In this document: one piece after another, positions 1 to 10,088 of the stretch
How positions within the stretch are numbered: the first letter of the stretch is position 1
Layout of the letters: every line of letters begins with the position of its first letter
DNA from: a virus
Virus record (IMG/VR): IMGVR_UViG_3300021964_007043
DNA length: 64,000 bases
Direction: 5' to 3' (one strand)
Program-made: the position numbers and the translations under genes
Notes under the pieces: model-generated
Told to the model about the DNA's origin: nothing
The model's database searches: none
What the model saw: the letters and a program-made list of their open reading frames with translations, nothing else

Positions 1-2
1 AT

Positions 3-854
3 TTTAGCAGTAGCAAGTGGTTTGCTGATGCAAAAAAACTAGCAGAAGAATATGATAATCCGGGTTACCTAGGAAATAAAGACAGAGCTATTATTCATGC
101 TGTAGAAGATACAGAAGGATTGCTTTCAAGATTAGATGAGTATCTGCCGCATATACAAGAAATATATTTTGCAGGCGGCGAACCTATGATAATGGAAGAA
201 CATTATCGTATACTTAAAAGATTATCTAAACTAAAACTTTACAATACTTTTATTAGATACAATACAAACTTTTTGCAGTTATATTACAAAGACAAAGATA
301 TTTTAGAGTTATGGAAAGACTTTAATAATGTACATTGTACAATAAGTGTTGATACTTACGGAGAGAGAGCTGAGATACTAAGGCATGATACTGTATGGTC
401 CACAATAGAAGATAATGTAAAACGTGTAAAAGCAGAAGCGCCGCACATTAGATTTAATATCGCACCAACTATACAGATACTTAATGTTTTAACTATTCCA
501 GAACTACACAAGCAATGGTGCCAAAAAGGATGGCTAAAGCCAAATGATTTATTTTTAAACATTTTACATGATCCTAGTTTTTATAATATAAAAGCATTAC
601 CGCAGCATCTAAAAGAACAAGCAAAACAAAAGTTTGAAGAACACATTGATTGGTTATCAAAAACCTATACAGATAACTTGTATAGTGTAAAAAATACAAT
701 AAATAACTCTATAAACTATATGATGAGTGAACAACTAGAAGAAGAAAGACTGTACGAAATGTGCAAACAAACTAAACAGTTAGATATAATAAGAAACCAA
801 AATACACCTGCTACATTTCCTGAACTTGAATACATATGGAGTAACTATGCTTAA
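3..854 (+). CDS. Radical SAM protein, probably N-terminal-twitch family; 5'-truncated by the window edge
   Basis: Frame is open from base 3 (FSSSKWFADAKK...). It has EIYFAGGEP, YNTN and ISVD..GE motifs shared with the complete paralogs at 6431-12471. The CxxxCxxC motif would lie upstream of the window. Confidence 0.8.
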   Translation, partial: FSSSKWFADAKKLAEEYDNPGYLGNKDRAIIHAVEDTEGLLSRLDEYLPHIQEIYFAGGEPMIMEEHYRILKRLSKLKLYNTFIRYNTNFLQLYYKDKDILELWKDFNNVHCTISVDTYGERAEILRHDTVWSTIEDNVKRVKAEAPHIRFNIAPTIQILNVLTIPELHKQWCQKGWLKPNDLFLNILHDPSFYNIKALPQHLKEQAKQKFEEHIDWLSKTYTDNLYSVKNTINNSINYMMSEQLEEERLYEMCKQTKQLDIIRNQNTPATFPELEYIWSNYA

Positions 855-1383
855 ACCGATTAAACTTGATTATGATTTTAGCATCTTCTTAGATGCAGAT
901 TATAGCGTACACGAAGGTAGCTGTATAGCACACCAAGTTCATGAGTTAACAGACATACATGAAGAATATGGTGGTTTTCCAGATAGCTATGAAAGTGAGA
1001 ATACGAAAATAAGACAGTTGTGGTGGAACGAATCACAAGTAGACTTTGAAAAGATAGGTCAGCAACTTGATATGCAAGTTGTAACAGTTAGTTCAATATT
1101 GCAACCTCCAGGAAATACTATTCCTATTCATAGAGATACTTTTTTTCAGATTAACAAACGATATCCTGATGATACTAGATTAAAAGTAAGAGCTAATATG
1201 TATCTTGAAGATTGGAAAGTAGGACATTTTCTACAGTATCAGGATGCAGATAAAGAATGGTATAACAGCACTCATTGGAAACAAGGTGAAGGTTGGATGT
1301 GGGATAGTAAACACTTGCATCTTAGTTCTAACGCAGGAATGAAACCAAAGTATACTTTACAAGTAAGTGGATTTTTAAATTAG
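847..1383 (+). CDS. Fe(II)/2OG-dependent or cupin-fold oxygenase (AspH-like)
   Basis: QPPGNTIPIHRD (HxD) and a distal H in KHLHLSSNAG. ATG at 847 overlaps the upstream stop. Paralog of 16211..16930. Confidence 0.7.
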   Translation: MLKPIKLDYDFSIFLDADYSVHEGSCIAHQVHELTDIHEEYGGFPDSYESENTKIRQLWWNESQVDFEKIGQQLDMQVVTVSSILQPPGNTIPIHRDTFFQINKRYPDDTRLKVRANMYLEDWKVGHFLQYQDADKEWYNSTHWKQGEGWMWDSKHLHLSSNAGMKPKYTLQVSGFLN

Positions 1384-2802
1384 TTTTTTGCCTCTTACTT
1401 TTTTAAGTTCTGTAATCCAAAATCTAGGTGCCCGATTTGCATAATATAGATATAACTCTTGATTGTAGTCAAGTGTATCTTGCATTTCTTCCCACATAGT
1501 ATCACACTCTTGTATAGACATATTGTCTATACGCCTAATAACACGCATGATTTTTTCAATATGTATTTTAACATCACCTTCTTCTGCAAAATCTTCGTTC
1601 CACCAACGATCGAAAGTTTTGAATCCTAGTCGATGTAACTCGTCATATAACCCGGGATTAGCACTTGTAATAAACGGACGTCTAGCAAGTATAGGTTTAC
1701 ATATTTTTTCTGTTATAAACAAATCGTTATGATATGGGCCTTCTCTTTCGTTATATGTTTCACAACTTATATCTATAAACGCTCTAGAATAATGTGTTGG
1801 ATTTGGCAACCAAAACCATTTTAAATGATGATAGTCGATATTTCCTTCTTGTATTTCTTTTGGAAATGTATTAATAGGAAGTTTATGGTATAACTCTATC
1901 ATATTTTCGATATCAGTTCTGTGATAGTGCGACCTTTTGAACAATCTTTGCTGATATGCTTGGTGATATTGCATTATTTCTTTTATTTCTACTTCAGGAT
2001 CAACCATATCAGTGGGTTTTGATATTTTCATCCACAAGTGTTCAGGTTGTACTATTTTTTGTAGTTTTGACAGGTAAGTATATCTAGCAGGACGAAATCT
2101 TCCTGAATAACACAAAAATCTTCCTTTTTTAAACAAGGGCTTTCTTTTAGATAATCTTATTATTTCGTTTATATGCTTTTTAGTCATTGTATAAGATACA
2201 AACTGCATCCAATGACTGCACGAAAGAAATACTAACCAATCTGGAATATTATATACTGAGTTTTCGTATATTGATTTTGTGTTTGCATGAGAATCTAAGA
2301 ACACAAATCTGTTTTCTAGTTTGAATTCTTTACGTTTTACTATTAAACTTGGTATTGTAACAAAGTCTCTGCTACTTACTGCTTTTGCTTCGTGAGCATC
2401 ATGAAAAACTATAGCACAATCTTTATGTTTCTGCAACCATTCTATTGTTTCGTTGGGCAAGTTTCCAAAAGGACAAAGGTTTTTGTAAGTAAAAACTTGG
2501 TCATCGTTTGCAACCAATCTAATAGGAAATATGTTTATATCTTTAGGATCATAGTTTCTAAAATCTTTGTTGATAAATCTTACTTCAGTTTGTGTATAAA
2601 AGTCTACCCAACTATGCCATTCAGGATCTGATCTAAAACTATATCTACCAATCTCGTCTTCGCTTTTGTTATCATCCATTTCTCGTATAGTCTGTAGCAC
2701 ACTCATAGTTTGGAGTTTTTTCCACGGGAAATAGTTTGACAAATGTTTGTCAATATGGGGATTAGGTATATCGGATACGTACCATTGAATAACTTTACTC
2801 AT
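1375..2802 (-). CDS. Putative GT-B glycosyltransferase-like protein (GT10/fucosyltransferase-like C-terminus)
   Basis: C-terminal ISCET...FITEKICKPILARRPF...G...L..LGFKTF..WWNE motif. Start placed at ATG 2802 (MSKVIQW), directly behind an ATAAATA box. Confidence 0.45.
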   Translation of the reverse strand: MSKVIQWYVSDIPNPHIDKHLSNYFPWKKLQTMSVLQTIREMDDNKSEDEIGRYSFRSDPEWHSWVDFYTQTEVRFINKDFRNYDPKDINIFPIRLVANDDQVFTYKNLCPFGNLPNETIEWLQKHKDCAIVFHDAHEAKAVSSRDFVTIPSLIVKRKEFKLENRFVFLDSHANTKSIYENSVYNIPDWLVFLSCSHWMQFVSYTMTKKHINEIIRLSKRKPLFKKGRFLCYSGRFRPARYTYLSKLQKIVQPEHLWMKISKPTDMVDPEVEIKEIMQYHQAYQQRLFKRSHYHRTDIENMIELYHKLPINTFPKEIQEGNIDYHHLKWFWLPNPTHYSRAFIDISCETYNEREGPYHNDLFITEKICKPILARRPFITSANPGLYDELHRLGFKTFDRWWNEDFAEEGDVKIHIEKIMRVIRRIDNMSIQECDTMWEEMQDTLDYNQELYLYYANRAPRFWITELKKVRGKKLI

Positions 2803-2809
2803 GCTTAGA

Positions 2810-2816
2810 TATTTAT
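2810..2816 (-). promoter_or_regulatory. T4-like late promoter box ATAAATA
   Basis: ATAAATA on the minus strand, 7 nt upstream of ATG 2802. Confidence 0.55.
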
Positions 2817-2844
2817 GTGCGTATATAACCATGAATGTTTGCTA

Positions 2845-2873
2845 TTGACAAAACCACCAATAAGTAGTATAAT
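2845..2873 (+). promoter_or_regulatory. Sigma70 consensus promoter, probably leaderless transcript
   Basis: TTGACA (2845-2850), N17, TATAAT (2868-2873). ATG is at 2879 with no SD. Confidence 0.8.
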
Positions 2874-2878
2874 AAGTT

Positions 2879-3553
2879 ATGTTTGATATTGTCTTTATTT
2901 CATACCAAGAACCTAATGCTGACGAGAACTGGAACCGTCTTATTAAACGTTTCCCTACAGCAAAACGTATACACGGTGTAAAAGGTATACACCAAGCACA
3001 CATTGCAGGTGCTAAACAGTGCTGGACTAAAATGTTCTGGATTGTAGATGGTGATGCACATATAGTTGATGATTTTGATTTTAGTTTTAAGCCACACAAA
3101 TGGAACTTAGATACTGTTCATGTATGGCGTAGTCGTAATCCGATTAACGATATGGAATATGGTTACGGAGGTGTAAAACTATTTCCTACACAACTTACTA
3201 TTGACATGGATACTAGCAAGCCTGATATGACAACTAGCATTAGCGACAAGTTTTGTGCAATGCACGATGTAAGTAATATTACAGCATTTAATACTGCACC
3301 TTTTGAAACTTGGAAAAGTGCGTTTAGAGAATGTTGTAAACTGTCTAGCAAAATCATAGACAGACAAAAAGATAATGAAACACAAGAACGGTTACATACT
3401 TGGTGTACAGTTGGCGAAGATAGACCTTTCGGCGATTATGCTATTAAAGGAGCCAAAGCAGGCGCAGCATATGGTGCAAGAAATAAAGAAAATATAGACA
3501 AGCTAAGAGAAATAAACGATTTTGACTGGCTAATGGAGAAGTTTAATGAATAA
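2879..3553 (+). CDS. GT-A fold glycosyltransferase-like protein
   Basis: N-terminal FDIVFISY.EP, DxD motif (VDGDA), YGYGGVKLF. Confidence 0.55.
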   Translation: MFDIVFISYQEPNADENWNRLIKRFPTAKRIHGVKGIHQAHIAGAKQCWTKMFWIVDGDAHIVDDFDFSFKPHKWNLDTVHVWRSRNPINDMEYGYGGVKLFPTQLTIDMDTSKPDMTTSISDKFCAMHDVSNITAFNTAPFETWKSAFRECCKLSSKIIDRQKDNETQERLHTWCTVGEDRPFGDYAIKGAKAGAAYGARNKENIDKLREINDFDWLMEKFNE

Positions 3554-4397
3554 AGAAAATACACTAAACTGGGTTCGAGGACTGTCTTCATTTTTAGAGT
3601 TTGACAACGACTTAGAATCTAAAAAGTTTATCGATTTTTTAGAGAAGTCCATGTATTCCGAAAACAATATTATTGATACAACTAATCAAGCAGGCATGGT
3701 TGAGTTTATTAGTGTGCTTCGTAAGTTTGCTCCTAATCCTATATTCGATATATTCCACAAATATTATAGATCAGGTCAAGATCCAGCAGCATTACAAGAT
3801 GCATTCAGTAGAGGACAAGTATTAAGTAAAATATGGCTTTCGCAAGAGTTAGCTAAAATTGACCAAAAAGATTTTCATACTATTTTTATACTTGCCGGCT
3901 GGTTTGGTCAAACAGTAAAGTATCTTGATAAATCTGGTATATCATATAGTTGTATAAGAAACTTTGATATTGATCCAACTGCTTGTTGGGTTAGTGATAA
4001 GATTTTTAACATAGACAAGATTGAAGGGTTCACTGTAAAAAGTTCCGAAATGGACATCAATGATCTAACTACTCTTCATCAAAATGGATTGGAGTTTTCT
4101 TTAAAAAACTATACTTCCGGAAAAGTTATCGTAGAAAAAAGATTTCCAAGTTTGATTATTAATACTAGTGCAGAGCATTTTAAAGAAGATTGGTATAACA
4201 AGTTTGTAACTAGGACGACAGAAAGTGATCCATTATATATTATTCAGTCAAACAATCTTTTTACTATCAAAGAACATATAAACTGTGTACATAGCCTTGA
4301 TGAAATGTTAAAAAAGTTTCCAATGAGTAGACTATATTATTCCGGAGAAAAAGAACTATACGGATATAAAAGATTTATGTTAATAGGAAGACCATGA
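3546..4397 (+). CDS. Class I SAM-dependent methyltransferase-like protein
   Basis: Rossmann-type IFILAGWFG, acidic FDIDP, and IINTSAEH. Confidence 0.55.
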   Translation: MNKENTLNWVRGLSSFLEFDNDLESKKFIDFLEKSMYSENNIIDTTNQAGMVEFISVLRKFAPNPIFDIFHKYYRSGQDPAALQDAFSRGQVLSKIWLSQELAKIDQKDFHTIFILAGWFGQTVKYLDKSGISYSCIRNFDIDPTACWVSDKIFNIDKIEGFTVKSSEMDINDLTTLHQNGLEFSLKNYTSGKVIVEKRFPSLIINTSAEHFKEDWYNKFVTRTTESDPLYIIQSNNLFTIKEHINCVHSLDEMLKKFPMSRLYYSGEKELYGYKRFMLIGRP

Positions 4398-4621
4398 ACA
4401 TCGACGATCTAACTCTTAGAGAGCTTCAAAAAGAAAGTGCCAGAGCACTGAGTACAATGGAAGCAACAAATAATAACATTTATCAGTTTAATAAACTAGC
4501 ACACCATAACAGTCAAAACTGGTATAAGGCTGTTATAGAATGGTATGTAGAGCAGTATGGAGATTTGCCAAGTCGTATTGGACCTGCTAAAGATATAAAA
4601 CTAGTCTTTGACGAGGAATAG
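4394..4621 (+). CDS. Small hypothetical protein (75 aa)
   Basis: ATGA coupling to the upstream gene; in operon context. Confidence 0.7.
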   Translation: MNIDDLTLRELQKESARALSTMEATNNNIYQFNKLAHHNSQNWYKAVIEWYVEQYGDLPSRIGPAKDIKLVFDEE

Positions 4622-4625
4622 ATAG

Positions 4626-5360
4626 TTGAAAAACGTTTTAATACTCGGGTGCAGTCACTCTAGAGGAAGTTATAGTTTAAGTAATACTATACGAGATAAA
4701 GGTGAAGAATACACTGCCTTTAATCTTGGAGGATGGTGGGCACATTGTGACTATATTAAAGATATGAACAAACGCATATACGCTGGAGGAGGAGTAGGTT
4801 GGTTTTGGTATGCTGAAGTTATATTATCGATATTAGAATCTCAAACTTTAAAATACTATGACATGTGTATAATACAAGAAACTATTGAACCAAGATTTCA
4901 TATTTCTAATCAAACTGAATGCACCAAAGAAAAATATAAAGACTTTAATGCTGAGTTAATAGATTTTAACGTAAGTGTAAACTCTTTCTTTAGTAATCAA
5001 TTTCAAAATATGGATTATATAATAAAAAGTCAGTTTCCTAAAACACACATTAGTAAAGATTTTTATGTAGCTATATCTGGAGAATCAAATACATATAAAA
5101 CTGCAACTTATCTTTCTAAACTTTTTGTTTCTAATCTTATGCAAGAATATCAAATACCTACATATACATTTCAAATGGGAGACAAGGTAGGAACTAGCGA
5201 TTATTTTATAGATCTTGAACTTACAAATATGTACGAAAAGTCTACAATAAAAGAAAGAACATCGGATGCTCACGGCGCCCACTTAAATATACACGGAAAT
5301 AAAATATTAGGAAATAAAATAAGCAACGCACTGAGAAAAAAGCAAAATGTACGAATATAA
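4626..5360 (+). CDS. SGNH/GDSL hydrolase-like protein
   Basis: ILGCSHS block I and C-terminal DAHGAHLN (D..H-like). TTG start. Confidence 0.55.
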   Translation: MKNVLILGCSHSRGSYSLSNTIRDKGEEYTAFNLGGWWAHCDYIKDMNKRIYAGGGVGWFWYAEVILSILESQTLKYYDMCIIQETIEPRFHISNQTECTKEKYKDFNAELIDFNVSVNSFFSNQFQNMDYIIKSQFPKTHISKDFYVAISGESNTYKTATYLSKLFVSNLMQEYQIPTYTFQMGDKVGTSDYFIDLELTNMYEKSTIKERTSDAHGAHLNIHGNKILGNKISNALRKKQNVRI

Positions 5361-6423
5361 AAATATAAAAACAATTCATTTAGAAGTAACACAAAACTGT
5401 CAAGCCAGTTGTCCTATGTGTGATCGAAATATGAACGGCGAAGGCGTTAATCCGCATATTAATCTTGATGAGCTTACACTTGAAGATTGCAAACGTATTT
5501 TTGAACCTGATTTTATTGCTCAACTTAATACAATGTATATGTGCGGTAACTTAGGAGATCCTATTGTTGCACGAGATACATTAGAAATATTCCGTTACTT
5601 TAGAGAACATAACCCTAATATGTGGTTAAGCATGAATACAAATGGAGGAGCAAAAGATGAAGCGTGGTGGAGTGAACTGGCCAAAGTCTTTGGCAGGATG
5701 GGTGCTGTTATTTTCAGTGTGGACGGTCTTAGGGACACTAATCATATATACAGGCAGGGTGTTGTCTGGGACAATGTAGAACGCAACATGAAAACTTTTA
5801 TCAATGCCGGCGGTAGAGCCCGTTGGGACTTTTTAATATTTGAACATAATCAACACCAAGTTGAAGAAGCAGAAGCTCTTGCCAACGAGTGGGGTGTTGA
5901 AAAGTTTATGAAAAAGAAGACTGGAAGATTTATTGACACAAAATCAAACAAAAAAGAAAAGCATCAAGCCAAAGACCGTAAAGGCAAAGATACAGCAGAG
6001 CTTAAAAAGCCAGAAGAAAAATACCAGAATAAAGCTCTTACCAAGCAAGAAACAATACTCAAGAAATACGGCAGTATGGACGCATATTATGATGCAGCTC
6101 CTATCATTTGTAAAGTTAAAAAAGAAAACAGTTTGTTCATCACAGCAGAAGGACTAGCATTGCCTTGTTGCTGGACTGCTGGACGTATGTATAAATGGTG
6201 GAATGAAAATCCTTACCAAGAACAAATATGGAGATTCATTGATTTATCGGGTGGTAAAGAAAAACTTGATGCACGTAAAGGATTAAAAAATGTATTCGGT
6301 ACTGGAATTTTTAATCGAATAGAAAAAAGTTGGAATATAAATAGTTGTAGTTCAGGTAAACTAAAAGTATGTGCTATGAAGTGTGGTGCCGAGTTTGACC
6401 CCTTTGCAGAGCAGTTTAAATAA
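5347..6423 (+). CDS. Radical SAM protein with C-terminal Cys-containing (SPASM/twitch-like) region
   Basis: CQASCPMC, CGNLGDP, and C-terminal C...PCC...C...C. Confidence 0.85.
   Translation: MYEYKNIKTIHLEVTQNCQASCPMCDRNMNGEGVNPHINLDELTLEDCKRIFEPDFIAQLNTMYMCGNLGDPIVARDTLEIFRYFREHNPNMWLSMNTNGGAKDEAWWSELAKVFGRMGAVIFSVDGLRDTNHIYRQGVVWDNVERNMKTFINAGGRARWDFLIFEHNQHQVEEAEALANEWGVEKFMKKKTGRFIDTKSNKKEKHQAKDRKGKDTAELKKPEEKYQNKALTKQETILKKYGSMDAYYDAAPIICKVKKENSLFITAEGLALPCCWTAGRMYKWWNENPYQEQIWRFIDLSGGKEKLDARKGLKNVFGTGIFNRIEKSWNINSCSSGKLKVCAMKCGAEFDPFAEQFK
6417..6422 (+). promoter_or_regulatory. T4-like late promoter box TAAATA
   Basis: TAAATA overlapping the upstream stop, 8 nt before ATG 6431. Confidence 0.5.
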
Positions 6424-6430
6424 GTACAGT

Positions 6431-7834
6431 ATGACTAAGAATATATCCCCAACATTTTGTGCTCTACCTTGGATGCATTTAAGTAGTAGACCAGACGGTA
6501 AAATGCGTACCTGCTGTACGTCAAATGCAAGTTCAGTACAAGATCCAGATAGCAACAAAAAAATAGGTGGCGGCGAAGTCGGCATTGTAAAAAATGATGA
6601 CGGTATCCCCGCTAACTTTAACCATACAACATTAGAAGATGCATGGAATAGTTCATATATGCGTAATGTGCGTAAAATGATGTTGCGCGGCGAAAAACCT
6701 GCAAGTTGCTTAAAGTGCTATAAAGAAGAAGAAGCAGGACACCTTAGTAAAAGAAACTGGGAAACAGAATACTGGGGTCATAGATATGACTTACAGCAAC
6801 TAGTTGATGAAACTAAGGAAGATGGCAGTATTCCTCCTAAGATACGCTACATAGACCTTAGAATGGGTACAAAGTGCCAACTAGCATGTGTTATGTGTAG
6901 CCCGCACGATAGTTCAGGATGGATTAAAGAATGGCAAGACATCTATCCACAGATGCAAAATGAAAAACTTAAAAATACAAGTGCATGGGAAAATAAAGGA
7001 CGTAATCACGGCGCAAGTTATAACTGGCACAAAAATAATCCAAGATTTTGGAAGGAACTTATGGAACAAGTTCCACATATGTATCAGCTATATTTTGCTG
7101 GTGGAGAAAGTTTAATCATTGATGAACATTACGATTTACTAGAAGAATGTATTCGTCAAGGATACGCAAAGAACATTGAACTACGTTATAACTCAAATGC
7201 AGTCGAATGGAGAGATGATTTGTTTGACCTTTGGGCAGAGTTTAAGAGAGTACGGTTTCATTATAGTATAGATGCGTTTGGCGAACAAAATGATTATATT
7301 CGTTATCCTAGTAAATGGGATCATCAAGTTGAGCAAATGTGGAAGCTAGACGCCACAGGTGACAACGTCGAACTAACTTCAGCAACTACTATTATGGCAC
7401 TTAATGTTGCTTACATTCCTGAGTTTGTAAAATGGAAAACACAAGCAGGATTTAAAAAATGGAATAAATGGCCTTTAGGAGCAGGAGGCATTAACATGCA
7501 TTTTGCATATTGGCCTCCGCAACTTAACTTGAAAGTTTTACCACAAAATGTGAAGCAAAAGATTACAGAAAAATATGAAAAAGAGTTTTATCCTTGGATA
7601 GAAGAAAATTGGGATCAGTTTACCGGAGTAAAGGAAGCAGGAATCGACAAAGAAACATTCCTAACTGCTAACTATGGATTAAAAAGATTTAAAGGTATTA
7701 TTAACTTTATGAATGCTGAAGACTGGAGCGCAAGGCTTCCAGAAACTAAAGAATATTTAACCCTTGTAAATAAACAAAGAAACTGGGAAAATAAATTTTT
7801 AGAAGTATTTCCGATATTTGAGGACATTATGTAA
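6431..7834 (+). CDS. N-terminal twitch-domain radical SAM protein
   Basis: FCALPWMHL...RTCC, CLKC, DLRMGTKCQLACVMC, YFAGGE. Start at ATG 6431. Confidence 0.9.
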   Translation: MTKNISPTFCALPWMHLSSRPDGKMRTCCTSNASSVQDPDSNKKIGGGEVGIVKNDDGIPANFNHTTLEDAWNSSYMRNVRKMMLRGEKPASCLKCYKEEEAGHLSKRNWETEYWGHRYDLQQLVDETKEDGSIPPKIRYIDLRMGTKCQLACVMCSPHDSSGWIKEWQDIYPQMQNEKLKNTSAWENKGRNHGASYNWHKNNPRFWKELMEQVPHMYQLYFAGGESLIIDEHYDLLEECIRQGYAKNIELRYNSNAVEWRDDLFDLWAEFKRVRFHYSIDAFGEQNDYIRYPSKWDHQVEQMWKLDATGDNVELTSATTIMALNVAYIPEFVKWKTQAGFKKWNKWPLGAGGINMHFAYWPPQLNLKVLPQNVKQKITEKYEKEFYPWIEENWDQFTGVKEAGIDKETFLTANYGLKRFKGIINFMNAEDWSARLPETKEYLTLVNKQRNWENKFLEVFPIFEDIM

Positions 7835-8805
7835 TGGAAAAAATAAATCAGATTGATTATTTAGACAATCGATTAAAAAACCATCTTTTATTTGATATAA
7901 ATTTAGGAAATCTATGTGTTTGGGCTTGTAGCTATTGTCCTGCTGGTTCACATGACGGAACAATGCCTTGGATCCCAGCAGATGATTTAACCAAGTTTCT
8001 TAAAAAAGCAATGAGGTTTTATACTGAATCTCTAGGTAAAGATGTTTTTATTTTTAACTTTTTAGGAGGAGAAACATCTTTATATAAAGACTTTAGTACT
8101 ATATGTGCAGCAATAAAAGAAGAAGCTGAAATATTAAATGTTAATACACAAGTTGAGTTTATAACAAATGCATATAGAAAGATAGACTATTGGAAGAAAA
8201 ATGCTCCATATTTTGATGTGGTAAAAGTTACTCATCATGCTGAAAATGCTAAAGCAGAGCATAGTACCGAAGTTTGCGATACATTAATCGAACATGGTTG
8301 CCATGCTAATATATCTATTCCTATGATACCTGACTTATGGGATAAATGCATAAGTGATATTGAAATAATGAAACAAAGTCGGAATAACTTCCATATAGAA
8401 GCTAAAGTTTTGCTTAAAGATTTTGATACAGATCCTTATGACTATACTCCTGAGCAGTTAACTATATTTCAAAAACCTGTTAGAGCAGGAAGTGCTAATC
8501 CTAAAGATAGATATTATAGGATTTCGAGTATTAATAACGAAACTAAAAAAACTGCTCCTGGAACTATTATGTCAAACGGATTAAACTATTTTAAAGGTTT
8601 CGAATGTTGGGCTGGTGTTGATATTTTAAAAATTAATAATAATGGATCTTTAGCATTAGGGGGTAAATGTCCTGTAAAAACTAAAGGATTAACAGACAAA
8701 ACAATATACGACGAGGATATTAGTTTTTTGACTCAGCCGATAGTTTGTACGGTTGATAGATGTACATGTCTTCCTGATATCAATACAAGGAAGCGTCGGT
8801 TATGA
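7834..8805 (+). CDS. Radical SAM protein with C-terminal twitch-like Cys cluster
   Basis: CVWACSYC, FLGGE, C-terminal CWAG...CP...C..DRCTC. Confidence 0.85.
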   Translation: MEKINQIDYLDNRLKNHLLFDINLGNLCVWACSYCPAGSHDGTMPWIPADDLTKFLKKAMRFYTESLGKDVFIFNFLGGETSLYKDFSTICAAIKEEAEILNVNTQVEFITNAYRKIDYWKKNAPYFDVVKVTHHAENAKAEHSTEVCDTLIEHGCHANISIPMIPDLWDKCISDIEIMKQSRNNFHIEAKVLLKDFDTDPYDYTPEQLTIFQKPVRAGSANPKDRYYRISSINNETKKTAPGTIMSNGLNYFKGFECWAGVDILKINNNGSLALGGKCPVKTKGLTDKTIYDEDISFLTQPIVCTVDRCTCLPDINTRKRRL

Positions 8806-10088
8806 CTAAAAAACATGTAGAACAAGCAAAAAATAGCAAAACATTTTGTCTTCTACCATTTACACACATGGCAACTAAAACAGATGGCGATTTAAAGTTA
8901 TGTTGTAGAAGTTGGCCTATTGGAAATATTAAAGATATTTCGATTAAAGAGTTATGGAATAGTGAAAAATATAAAGAAGTTAGGGAAAAGTTATTAAAAG
9001 GAGAAAAACCTCAGGAATGTCATGCATGCTGGCGCCACGAAGAAATTGGTGTTCGAAGTATGCGACAAAGATATAATAAAACCCGAACAGAAAGATTTAT
9101 TAATAATCTAGAAAGTTTAGATGACGAATACAATATGCCATTTAAAATTCCTGTTATTGAAGCAAAGTTAAGTAACTTTTGTAATTTAAAATGTAGAATG
9201 TGTCATCCTTTAGATTCTACTAGTTGGAGTAAGGATTGGAAAAGTATTGAACATTTGATGGAAAATGCAAATGGTAGTACATACAGAAAAGTTAAAGAAT
9301 ATGATCTAACTTCTAAACCTTATATAAGTGCATTTGATGATAATAAGGGATTCTGGGAAGAGTTTGAACTATTAGCACCTTTTATAGAAAGAATCGAATT
9401 TGCAGGCGGCGAACCTTTAATAGATCCTATACACTATAAGATTCTTCATATTTTAAAACCTTACGGAGAGAATATAGGTATAAAATACAGCACAAACTTA
9501 ACTAAACTAAACTATAAAAAAGATAGTATTGAAGAACTTTGGAATCATTTTCAGTCTGTAAATGTTATGATTAGTATCGACGGCACATACGATGTATACG
9601 ATTATATTAGACAACTTGGTGATTATTCTGAAGTTAAAAAAAATATTATAAAGATTGGAAATCATCCTAAGATTACATTTTTAGGAGCAGCATGTACGTT
9701 ACAGATTTACAATAGTTTTCATATACCTGAAATATTTGACGAGTTTACTGAAGAACTTAATATCGAAATACACACACATCGTGTAAACTATCCTATGTTC
9801 TTAGATAGCAGAGTAATACCTTCTAATCTTAGAAAAAATATAGTAAAAGATTTAGAAAAATACTTAGAATCTATTCCTACTAAAACCCATAAAAACTGGA
9901 CTCATAATAGAAAGCGTAATGCAATGCAACACATGCAAGATGCTATAAACATGTTAAATGGCGGTGATATGAGCGACCAAATTCCTTATTTTATAGAATA
10001 TAGTGATAAACTAGATCAGGTACAAAATGTTAAAAAAACTTGGAGAGAGTTACTTCCGGAGTTAGCAAAAGAGGTAGATAATGTCTAA
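8802..10088 (+). CDS. N-terminal twitch-domain radical SAM protein
   Basis: FCLLPFTH...KLCC, CHAC, CNLKCRMC, FAGGEP. Confidence 0.9.
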   Translation: MTKKHVEQAKNSKTFCLLPFTHMATKTDGDLKLCCRSWPIGNIKDISIKELWNSEKYKEVREKLLKGEKPQECHACWRHEEIGVRSMRQRYNKTRTERFINNLESLDDEYNMPFKIPVIEAKLSNFCNLKCRMCHPLDSTSWSKDWKSIEHLMENANGSTYRKVKEYDLTSKPYISAFDDNKGFWEEFELLAPFIERIEFAGGEPLIDPIHYKILHILKPYGENIGIKYSTNLTKLNYKKDSIEELWNHFQSVNVMISIDGTYDVYDYIRQLGDYSEVKKNIIKIGNHPKITFLGAACTLQIYNSFHIPEIFDEFTEELNIEIHTHRVNYPMFLDSRVIPSNLRKNIVKDLEKYLESIPTKTHKNWTHNRKRNAMQHMQDAINMLNGGDMSDQIPYFIEYSDKLDQVQNVKKTWRELLPELAKEVDNV

